Of a DNA stretch of 64,000 nt, positions 1-18,434 are shown in pieces. The notes beneath the pieces were generated by a model. It ran no database searches and was not told the origin of the DNA. It was given only the letters and a program-made list of their open reading frames with translations. This DNA comes from Hormiphora californensis (taxonomy: Eukaryota > Animalia > Ctenophora): NCBI GenBank assembly GCA_020137815.1, contig CM035352.1, positions 5,766,001-5,830,000 of the forward strand, written 5' to 3'. The first letter of the stretch is position 1. Each line of letters starts with the position of its first letter. Both the position numbers and the translations under genes were made by a program.

Positions 1-217
1 GCAAATAGTGATCACTGCACTGAAAATGAAAAAATGAAAATGAACATCACCATTTATATTAGAGTCAGTAAATGACTCTTCCCGCTCTTACACTATAAAC
101 ATATATAATTAAATATATATCCTACAAGGCCGAGAGGCTAAAAGCATCGGCAGTTACCTAAAGCGGGTTAGCATATTTATGGAAACAGTCCTAGATAGAT
201 AGATACAGTTCAGTTAG

Positions 218-1243
218 CTATCCAACTTGAATCACATTGTTTTTGATGTAATAATTACCGTCTGGATCATCTGTACGAACCCGTTTCAAGGTGGCCAGCA
301 GAGCTTTTCGCTCCTTTAGTTGAGAGGGGTTAAGATCCGGTGACAGATATACGGCCGAGTGTTTTTTTGAATCTTTGAGCTGCCGTGCCTTCTTCAGCAG
401 CGCCAAAAGGGTCGCTCTCTTCTCAAGAGATACCAATAGCGGCCTAGGGCGTTTCTCGTTTCTCTCACCAATACGTTTTATGTTAGCAACTTTCGGTTTT
501 TCGTTCAGTTCTTCAAATAGCTCTTCCAGATTGGTTCTATCAGCATTCTCTGTTGTTTCTGGGAGCCCAAAGATTACCAAGTTCTTCTCTCGATTTTCCT
601 GGGGTACTACTGTAGCAGGCTTAGAAGTTGGTGGCTTAGGAGGAGTTGGTAGCTTTTTCGCCACAGGGGAGGCTGCAGCATAATTTTGAGCCATGACTGT
701 CGAGTAGGCTTTCACCTTCTGCACTGAAGTTTCCACTGAGTTCAATTGTTCTTTCTGAGCATTGATGACCGTTTGTTGTAGTTCAATGACCAAGACACGA
801 TTTCGCTCAAGCTCTTCTTTGCACGCAGATAGTTGCTTCTCTAGTTTTTCTGCAGTGATTACGGTATTCAAATTGTTCATAGCTGCTTGAGCAAGTTTGG
901 CACTGGAAATAAAGAGTTGAGTGGTGACATCAACAACTTGATTTGGGGTAAGGTCCTTCAGACGATCTTTGAAGAATGTCCCCATGTGATTTTCGGGTGG
1001 GTTCGAGCAGTCAGGGGTAAAAGCCCTCGCAGGTGCAAATTTGATAGAATTATAGCACTGACTAACGTTCTCGGGGGTGATACTTCTCTGTTGTTCGGGA
1101 ACAGCAACCCAATGCAGCCGTTCAACTCCCAAAACAAAGTCATCAACGGATTCAATCAGTTGTTTTATCTTAGGGTTATCGCCCTCATACGGTAAGCGTA
1201 GAATCTTATCCAATCGTTTGTCTTCGTACATTAGCTTCATCAT
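218..1243 (-). CDS. CR1/L2-clade LINE ORF1-like protein (coiled coil + RRM-like C-terminal domain); no ORF2 follows in the window
   Basis: Intronless 341-aa ORF with a central heptad-rich segment and the C-terminal motifs RE.NLVIFGLPE, RIG..RPRPLLV and VYLSPDL....ER typical of CR1/L2 ORF1p. About 170 nt downstream is a (TTCATT)-like tail at 24-45. Confidence 0.7.
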   Translation of the reverse strand: MMKLMYEDKRLDKILRLPYEGDNPKIKQLIESVDDFVLGVERLHWVAVPEQQRSITPENVSQCYNSIKFAPARAFTPDCSNPPENHMGTFFKDRLKDLTPNQVVDVTTQLFISSAKLAQAAMNNLNTVITAEKLEKQLSACKEELERNRVLVIELQQTVINAQKEQLNSVETSVQKVKAYSTVMAQNYAAASPVAKKLPTPPKPPTSKPATVVPQENREKNLVIFGLPETTENADRTNLEELFEELNEKPKVANIKRIGERNEKRPRPLLVSLEKRATLLALLKKARQLKDSKKHSAVYLSPDLNPSQLKERKALLATLKRVRTDDPDGNYYIKNNVIQVG

Positions 1244-2348
1244 CAGTGTTTCACTTTTCTGCCCTTTGGGGCGGTCACATCACCATATCTACCTGCTCAA
1301 ATTAATTTGTTTAAAGTAGTGTTGAAAAGTTTGAGTGAGGAGACACCAGACTCGAGAGCGTCACTGGTTCATTGTTAAAATCGTTGACCGTATAGTAATT
1401 TCAGCGTGTCCCTGTGCTTCCTATGCGGCTGCCACGGTCAGGGGGTGACATCCCCACAAGCAGGGCCCCAACGGGGGACATAGGGTTGGACGTCGGGGTC
1501 CCCGCAAGCAGATCCAGAGGCTTAACTTGTGAGCGCTTGAATGTGGAAATAGGTAAGTGACATAGAAGTCAGAAGTAGACACGAAAAGAAGCAAGCGTCT
1601 TTTGCAAACCGAACGTTAACAGAAGCTAACGTTTAAATTTAAAAAACTTTTTTTAAACGACGCGACTTAACATTTTTTTAAACAACTTAAAAAAATGTTT
1701 CAACGCGCGGCATTAAAATAGGTGCCGCGCGAAGTAAGATCGTTACTTTAATTAAGGAGAGAGCAAAGTCGCGCGGCTTTTGTTTTGCGCGTGCTAAATT
1801 GCGGCAAATTTCATCTCCCTTGTAACCTTGTATTGTTTATCTTGTATTTTTTATGGTGGCATGCCAATTGCCAATCACCATACCATCAATTTCGACCAGT
1901 ACGCCTACGATTTAGTACAAAAAAACAGCAATATCTTACCACTTTAAACAAAACTGAAATATGTGAATCTGTGTAAAACTAACGACATCTAGGGTACGTT
2001 AGTAACTAATAAAACCACAGCTAAGTAATCACAGTCTCTCTGAAACTACGGCACATGGTTCTTCCCTCTCCTACTAAAATATAAAATGCAGCTCTACATA
2101 ACATTATTGTTCGAAAAGAGGTGCCAAACTTGGTAAATCTCTTTGCGACACAACTTTCTCTCTCTTTCTGGAGCTGATAAAAACTGGTTAAACCAAGACT
2201 CAGTAGTCAGTTCATAACACCCAAACAACCTCAAAACAGTCTCGTGGGTTAGGAACATGGCATAATATTGTCTTTTCACTCCTAACTAATCCCTTTATTA
2301 AAAGAAACCCGACATCTTCGATCTGTCTTTAACAGTTTAAAAAGTTCA

Positions 2349-10118
<7,770 letters not shown>

Positions 10119-10351
10119 TGCTAAAAATGTCAGGAATATATATGTTTGGAAAACTGCAAATATTCACAAGATAGGGTTTACAAAGAGAAAAAAATGCGGT
10201 ACAGGCCTAAACCCAAAGAATTTCGAGAATTTAGAAAGTAACGTAATAATGAAACTAGAGAGGGTAGAGAGGCAGTAGTGGAGAGGGAGAGAGAGGGGGA
10301 GAGAGAAAGATAAAGAGAGAGAGAGAAAAAGAGAGAGAGAGAGAGAGAGAG

Positions 10352-10392
<41 letters not shown>

Positions 10393-10653
10393 TTTAAGAT
10401 GTGGTGTAACACGAGAACTAAGATAAGACCAAAATGTGATGGAAGGGTGTAGGATTGGGGAAGTGGCTAGAAAGTTATTACGACGTAAGATTCTGAGAAT
10501 GACATATTATAAAAGGAATGTTAGTCAAAGTAATGACGTATACAAAATAAATGTAATGACGTATGATACATGACAGAATATTTAATTTGAGTTGCTAATG
10601 AAAGGGTGTATCAAGAATTTAACAAACAATACAAAATAACAACAATAAATTCG

Positions 10654-11570
10654 CTAACTCTCCCCTCCCTCAGCCCACTTTACCATCAGTTTATGTGCAA
10701 CAGCAAAAGAAGGTGGTACATTTAGAGCCCCATCTCTAGGTGGTAAATGTGCCCTTGTCAGCGCCTCCTTTATCTCACCTCTACTAAACCACCTAGCTTC
10801 TGCTATCTCCTCATTACATTCAGGATCTCTAATCTCATCACACTCAGCTACACACCCTATCATCAACTCAGGGCTGTAGTTCTGTCTGAATCCACCCCAG
10901 AACCCAGATAAAGTGTAGTTGACCCTGTCTACAGGGACACTAACCTCCTCTAATACCTCCCTCTCTACGGCCTCCTCTACAGTTTCAGCCGTATCGATAA
11001 ACCCTGCCAAGGCACTGAACATCTGGGTAGGGAACTGGGCGTTGCGGCCAAGGAGGCACATTTCCCCACACGTCACTAACATGATCACAACGGGGTTGTA
11101 CCGGGGGAATGATTGTTACAGAGCAGGAGGGACAGTGAGCTGATCTACCTGAGATATGGGTGGTAATGGGTCCCCCACACCGACCACAGAACTTGTTATC
11201 TTCCTGCCATTGGAGGAGGTTCAGAGCCATCGTGGCTGATTTGAGATCCCCTTCTCGGAGTTTAAAAAGTGCAGGTCGGGGAGAGAGAAGTGTGGCAGTG
11301 GGTAGAGACTCCTTGAGTGAGACCCCGAATAATGCCTGGTCAGATTTCAATGTCAACAATACAGAAGAGTGGATATTTTCACTGTCGAGAGAGCTCGAAG
11401 GGACGGTGAGTAGCTGTGATTTATCGTTCACTAAGATACTGTCTGTTATGCAGAAGAATACACTGACTCCGATCAAAGTACTCTTTGCACAATTTATCGT
11501 TATGACGTAGCTTGTCCATCATTTGAATGTCCTTGAGACATCTGCTGGAGAAAAACCGCCGTAACATCAT
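10654..11570 (-). CDS. NUDT13: NADH pyrophosphatase NudC-type Nudix hydrolase (NUDT13-like), intronless, with two apparent +1 frameshifts (~11440, ~11110)
   Basis: MMLRRFFSSR mitochondrial-type leader, zinc ribbon FCGRCG..HCPSC, (F)PRYNPVVIMLV, Nudix box AGFIDTAETVEEAVEREVLEEV, LMIGC, EIAEARWFSR, PPSFAVAHKL. Split over three frames. Confidence 0.8.
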
Positions 11571-12091
11571 CCCTAAAAATTATTATTTGTGGTATCAATA
11601 AATCACCATTTTGCTCCTGATACAAACACAACCGATCAGAATTCTGGATTGCCATGTTTTGTTTTGCAGAGCAAGTTATCACACTTTTAGTTGAAAAGCG
11701 GAGCCCCGGCAGAATGAGTAGCAAGAGCCAAAAAGTTTAAATAGAGACACGTAGGTACGCTTTATCATGCTTCACAATAATCCTTCTTTAGCTGTGCTGA
11801 CACTCAAAACGTGAGTGCTGACACTAAAAACGTTCAGATCTTAAGGTTTCCCGTCTGGTCGCGGCCCCGGCCGGGCACAGTTATAATCTGGGTACCTTGA
11901 CAGTCTTGCAGCCTGTTAACAGGTGCGCGCTAGCAAAAAGAGTACACTTTTATTTATGGCCACGCAACCACATGGGCCATGGCCGATTTGAGTCTGGTAG
12001 AGAATCGATAACACTAACCGATAACCCCAAAGAAAACCCTAACCCTAACAACAGTTGACAGTGTCATTTAACTTTACCCGCCCGTGTCAAA

Positions 12092-12341
12092 CGGGCGCCG
12101 TTACGATCTGGGTGTTTCGTGGCCTGTTTACAGCTGCACGCTTCCAAAAAAGTTGATTCACTAAAATGGCTCTAACCGCCAAACCACTCAACAGTTTTGG
12201 CTAATTCAAAGTTTATCTGGTGGAAAATTTCAAGGCCTAACCCCAACCCTAAACCCAACCCTAATCCTAACCCCACTTTAGCCCTAACCCTAAAAACCGT
12301 TTGTCAGCACTCACGAAAAACCCAGATTTTAACGCTGGCCG
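12092..12341. mobile_element. MITE-like element with imperfect TIRs and internal (CCCTAA)-like repeats
   Basis: CGGGCGCCGTTACGATCTGGG ... CCCAGATTTTAACGCTGGCCG flanked by TGTCAAA on both sides. Homologous copy at ~23336-24062 and a degenerate copy at ~11872-12080. Confidence 0.65.
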
Positions 12342-12502
12342 TGTCAAATTTTAAAACTCTCAAAATAAAATAAAAAACGCGCGTAAAATATAAATTGCAT
12401 AGATAAAACATTTTAATTCGCGCGTTACATTCAATGCATCGCAAATTGCAAACAAATTGTTTAAGAAATATTTTATTTCGCTTCTGGATCTTTTTTTAAA
12501 CT

Positions 12503-12657
12503 TAAAGTCGGATTTTTTGAAGTTGTCACCCCCCTTTCCGTGCGCGGAATGTTTTTGCGCGTCACATCACATGTTAACGTGTGGTGTGCGCGTCAAATTT
12601 GATAAATTTCACATGCGCGGTCATTTGGGGGTGACAACTTCAAAAAATCCGACTTTA
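12503..12657. mobile_element. ~155-bp MITE (family K) with ~28-bp TIRs
   Basis: TAAAGTCGGATTTTTTGAAGTTGTCACCCC ... GGGGTGACAACTTCAAAAAATCCGACTTTA. Other copies at ~18440-18560 (partial), 32158-32205 (collapsed), 55868-55996 and 63041-63195 (related). Confidence 0.8.
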
Positions 12658-14070
12658 TCTTTCTCTTTTCGTTCCCTTGGCATGCGCTGCAGACCCCAAG
12701 TGCGCGCGTTTTCCACGGCTTCTAAAGTGCGTTTCAAACGACTTGACCTGAGATTCCTTGAAAAGCGCTGCCTTATCCCGCGCTGCGGGGGTCAGCAACG
12801 TTTGCCAATGAGATTCCTGGAAATTCAGGATTTCCCCTTTGTAAATACATGCGTAATGCGCCGAATTCCAAGAATTACGGGTCAAGTCGCTTGAAACGGA
12901 CTTTAGGCCTGTAGCATAGGCCAATTCGTTCCCCAGTCCCACCTATTTTTTCTTTCCTTCTAAGCTGATTCCAATTATGTGGACCGAAAGGAGTGCAGAT
13001 TCCAGAGGCGTGCTAGATGTAATTTATATATTTATCTTCGCGGTTGCTTATTTTACTTTAAAGTGGCCAATGGATATGTGGCCTTGGCTTGTGCTGCAGT
13101 GACACCAGTGAGTTTTTAACGACCACCTGGTACACGGGACTGCCTAATGCCCTCTGCAGAGATTTACATCTATCTCCTTGACGTAGCCCATTCATTAACA
13201 CCACCAAGTCACAGGACACTCAGCGTGTACGTGAAAATTTGTCGGGTGCATCGTCTTTGTCGTGTAATCCTGAATAAATTTACCTTGCTCGGTCCTCTCT
13301 CCCCGCACGCCCGGAGCAAATATTGTATTAGCACTTGTGACTTGCAACTCGTGTCTCGTTCATATTTCAAGGTGATGTAATTGTGCTGTCTGTGTCTAGA
13401 AGATTTATGCGTTAAATATCCACCTAAACACGCGACAACCAAATCTATTTCCTTCTACGTCAGCTACATATGGGCTTAAGGTCCAGTTTCAAATTATTTC
13501 ATCGGCACTGTCAACCTTGTTTTTCTGTTTGGTAAATAACACTCCTCTGTCGGTGTGGGTATAGTTGCAGCCTAGCTGGGTGTGTTACGTATTGTAATTT
13601 TTGTTATTTTGCAATGTTGCTGTGTACAACTGCTCATATTCCCTCGCAGTTTTAGTTTATGTAACTTGTGCTATAAGATATTGTAATAATTTTTGACAGA
13701 TGAGAAAGATTATCAATCTGCCACAATCTGACGTTTTGTTTTCCGTTGTCATTCCTTTAAGATTATCTAATCTATTTCTCTATTCGGTTGCGGTTGTTAC
13801 GTATGCAGCATATGTTCAATAACCAATGGACAGTGATAGAGTTAAACGTTTTTCAAATAACATACGCTCTCTCTCTAACATTAGTATTTTATGAGATTTC
13901 TTTATGATGTAAAGTCTGTTTTACTAAACAGCATGTGGTTTATATTTATTGCAGAATCTATATTTCCCTGCCTATTTCTACTTGTATTGCTCTGATTCCA
14001 TCCATTGCAACTACCACCTATTTCTAGCTCTAATGTGAGGGAGAGATCTGCAGATACACACACGCTGGAC

Positions 14071-14297
14071 ATGATAGGCAGTCTATCAGTCATTCTTCTG
14101 ACATTAACCGCTCTTCTTGGTAGGTACTATTTATAGACTGCTCGTTAGGAGAGATGACTTACTAAAAAACGACCGCACACGTAGCCCGTCACTATTATTC
14201 TCTATCTTTCTATCTCTCTCACTATGTCTCTCTCTCACTATTCTTCTCACTATCTCTCTCTCTCTCACTATCTCACTATCTCTCTCTCTCTCACTCC

Positions 14298-14331
<34 letters not shown>

Positions 14332-15331
14332 ATCTCTCTCTCTCACTACTTCTCTCTCCTCCTGTCAGGTATAGTGACAGGGTGCAGTAATGGGACGGTA
14401 GCGAATGGCCGGTTAATCGATTTCAGCGGCACTTCAAAAGAAGGTATAAAAACTAACTCTGAATATAATGTGATACTTTTTGCTGCCCTGCATGTGTTAC
14501 TTTTTACAGGAATGACTAGGTGTTTTACAACCAAAAACTAATATTCCCCTCTCCAGGTGCCCTAGTGACTGTAGAGTGTGATAGTGGGTATTCAACATAC
14601 AACAACCAGGTACAATGTACTGGTGATGGATCATGGTCTACCCAGCCAGCGTGTCACAAAGGTAACTACCTACTTATCAACACACATACATGTCTAGAAC
14701 AAAGACCATTGAGAGAGTTTTATCATTCCCTCTCTTCCAGTGTACGTATGGTTTGAGCAGACGAGTATGATCCGGTATTTGTATCCTTTCCCAAGGGATT
14801 CCTCAACTGGAGAGATAACATTCTCCTTCTCAGTTCCTCCACAACAGAGGTACCGATCATTTTATCCTTTTTTCTGTCTCCATATGTCATCTCTTTGTTT
14901 TAGTTCCATTTGTTCTGAATTCTCTCTTCCTCTCTCAGCTGCGCTTTCTTAAATCCCATCTGTTTCTCTTCTTTTTTTCTCAGCCACGTCACGAGGATGT
15001 ATTGTTGCAGTGTGCTCATTGATCCACGTGATCAATTTGGCGCCAGACACTCTGGAATGAAAGTAAAATCTCACTAGAATCCTAAAATACAATAGTTTTA
15101 CATTTCCAACTGATTGAAATTGGCACAGTGGCCAAGTGCCTCTTTTATGGGCGATCAAACTGTTTTATTTTGGGGTATAGATATTGGGGATGGGGTAGAT
15201 ATTGGGGCTGGGTGTAAATATTAGGGCGTGCTTGTGATTTAGCTGTGTGCGAGGAAGAGTTAGCTGCCGTGAATAGCAGGCTTGTTTGAGTAATTTGAAA
15301 AATAAACAAACAACTCACTCAATAATAGATA

Positions 15332-15385
<54 letters not shown>

Positions 15386-15515
15386 CTCTTTCTTTCTTTG
15401 TCTCACATCTAGCAGGCTAGTGTCAGTGGTGGACAAACAGCACCACCTATACAATAGTTCATTTAAACAGGCAACTGCTAACAGATCGCTACATACAATG
15501 GATGCAGTTATTGTT

Positions 15516-15593
<78 letters not shown>

Positions 15594-16535
15594 TTCTCTT
15601 TCTTCTATACCAGATTATAAAGACATAAACAAACTGACAAAACATCCATTTCAGTTCTGGAATTCTGGTGAGATTGTCGAGTAAAAAACAATCAGATGGG
15701 ACGAGGGACACTTTAACGATAGAATTAGTTGGTGGATTCCTCGCTACTACCATGCAGTTCAATCGTAAGTTTGGTTACGAAGTCACCCCTGACTGGGGCG
15801 CTCGCGCTGAGGGATAATTTCATTACCAAATCGTAAGTGATGTCTGGTGTTCATGTTATGACATACGCTGTATCACATGAACATGTGATGTTATGTCTAG
15901 TTGAATAATTGTCTGAGAATAATGTCCTTGTGTTCAACACAATGTGTCGACAGACTCAATAACAATTTGAACATGACAGGACCGCGAGTTTACGCTTCAA
16001 AGGCAGATTACTATGCCGACATGCTAGACAGACTTGTCAGAGATTTAAGTGAATCAGTTGAGCAAAAGGTTTGGGAAAGTCCATGTGTTCTAATAATCTG
16101 GCTTTCAGTTTTCCTTTCATATCCTTAATTGTTACAACTGTTTCTATGTTTCATGCACAGAAAGAGCTGGTCTCTGCTCTTGAGAATCTAGTTACAGAAC
16201 AGAAGAAACTTCAGAGACGTCTGAAAAACGTTGCACCCCGACTCGTTCAGTCATACAGCCCTGGTAGGTAGAATAATGGTAGTGTTTAGAGTCCTTGTTC
16301 ATGGAAATGGTGGTGATTAGGACAAACTGCTATTATACTCGATTCATTTATTATTTAGGATAAACAATAAATGTGGGAAAAGAAGCAGCTGTACCTTCAA
16401 TAACCGGCCTTTTTTCTCCACACTGAAGTTGTGCAATTGATGCAGTGTGTGCAAGGAATATTGAGGAGAGTGAGAGAGAGAAAGAATGAAAGAGAAAAAG
16501 AGATAGAGAGAGAGAGAGAGAGAGTGAGAGAGTGA

Positions 16536-16573
<38 letters not shown>

Positions 16574-18361
16574 AGAATGTGAAATCCTACTTTTCCTTGT
16601 TACTAAAGCCTTACAGTGTAGGGTGAAGTGACCCCCGAAGTTATGAGCCACTGCTTTCATATAATTGACCTGTTTCTCTCTGTTTTTACCTCTCTCTCTC
16701 TTTTCCTGCCTGTCCTTCCCTTTCCCTGCCTGTCTGTTCTCCTAGGCGGCTGCTAATTTACATCCAGGACTGTTCAGCCCCGTCAAAATTATTATGAAAA
16801 TTAGTAATTATCACTGCTAGCAAGGGGTGTTATGAGTTCCCTAAAATACAGAGCACTTCAGCCTCATATTCCAAACGGTGCAGAGCTAGCAATTACGAGA
16901 CAGACAGTAAGTAGTTAGTAGCTGTCTGTCGTAATTTTAATATCTGTCTGCCTGTTCGGCTGTCTATACTTTGTTAGTTTGTAAATCCGTCTACCAAACC
17001 TGTCTTATATTCACGCCTGTTTGTCTGTCTGCACTGTATGTCTGTCTGTCTGTCTGTCTATCTAGACTCAAGAGTAACACGTGTCCACTGTCCAGTCGAC
17101 ATGGTTGAACCAACCCTCTCCCAGAGCCGCCAACTGGCCGACCCGTTATCCCATTACTACACACGGTACACAGAGAGAGAGAGCTATGTTTATCTCTTGT
17201 ACATCCCTCGAGCTATCTTTTCCTACCTGTCTGTCCGATTCTCTCTCCGATTTATCATTTGCTCTCCTTATTATCCATGATACATTGGGGGATGTTACTT
17301 AATCGGCACATTGAAGCACGCCGTTCTAAAGATAGAGATTTGCACACTGTGCAGATTGGAGGGGCTGCAGTATCACATGGGGCGATGTCAGAAAAGTGTT
17401 TAAACTTAGTACACCGTCTTAGCAGCTACTGCACGCTGTCCCGTACTAGACTATTATATATAATAGTTTAGTACGGGACAGGGGCTGCATTACAACATGA
17501 TGACACCATCTAGTTTGAGTGTACATTGAACATTCTCTCTATCTATTTTTCTCTCTCTCATTCTTTCTCTCTCTCTCTCTCACTCTCTCTACTATCTACC
17601 TATACTTTAAAACACTCCATAGTAAATATATAGGTGGGGGTAGTAGAGAAAGTACAGTTAGAAAAACTTCCCAAGAAAAGACTGACAAACACACATCCAG
17701 CACACGGGACATACACAAGGAAGCACACTTCCCAATTTATCAATTACCATTCCAGATTGCGCCCTACTGTCCCTGCCCTTTTTCTCTCTCTGTTACTGGG
17801 AAGCAAGGGAGGTGCGGCCCTTGACCGATATGTTTGACGCACCGATACATCTGTCATATAATGTAGAAAAAAGGGAGGGGAGAATGAGAGGGAGAGAGAG
17901 ACAGAGCTAGAGAGAGAGAAAGGGAGATAGAAAGAGAGATAGAAAGAGAAAGAAAGATAGAAATAAAAATAGAAAGAGCAGTTGCCACACCTCCTTTGAC
18001 ATTGTAATGACTGACATATAATGCTGACGTTTTGTTTTTCTAGTGACCAATCGGAATTAGATCACAAAATGACACACTTGTGTAGTGCAATGGTTCATGT
18101 ATATCACAGTGTACAGAGAATTATTAAATAGTCCTGGGTAATTAGCAAGTGTGCACATATAATTGGAAATGCTGTCAACATATAATGTTCTCTATCTCTT
18201 CAGGATTACTTTGTCTACCAATCCGTCTCTCTCACTTCCGGGTGTAATATTGTGTGATGGAGGATGGTAGTTCTTATTACATGAGAGAAAAGAAAGATAG
18301 CTCGTGGATAGAAAACGGAAACACGTCATGTCTATCGACAAAGAGAGAGAGAGAGAGAGAA

Positions 18362-18434
<73 letters not shown>

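Noticed and set aside
12229-12295. Telomere or chromosome-fusion scar
   Set aside because: Short, degenerate CCCTAA runs inside a dispersed TIR element.
12960-13400. Exon-like blocks upstream of the neurexin-like gene as a separate CDS
   Set aside because: Could not join them into an open frame; may be non-coding exons.
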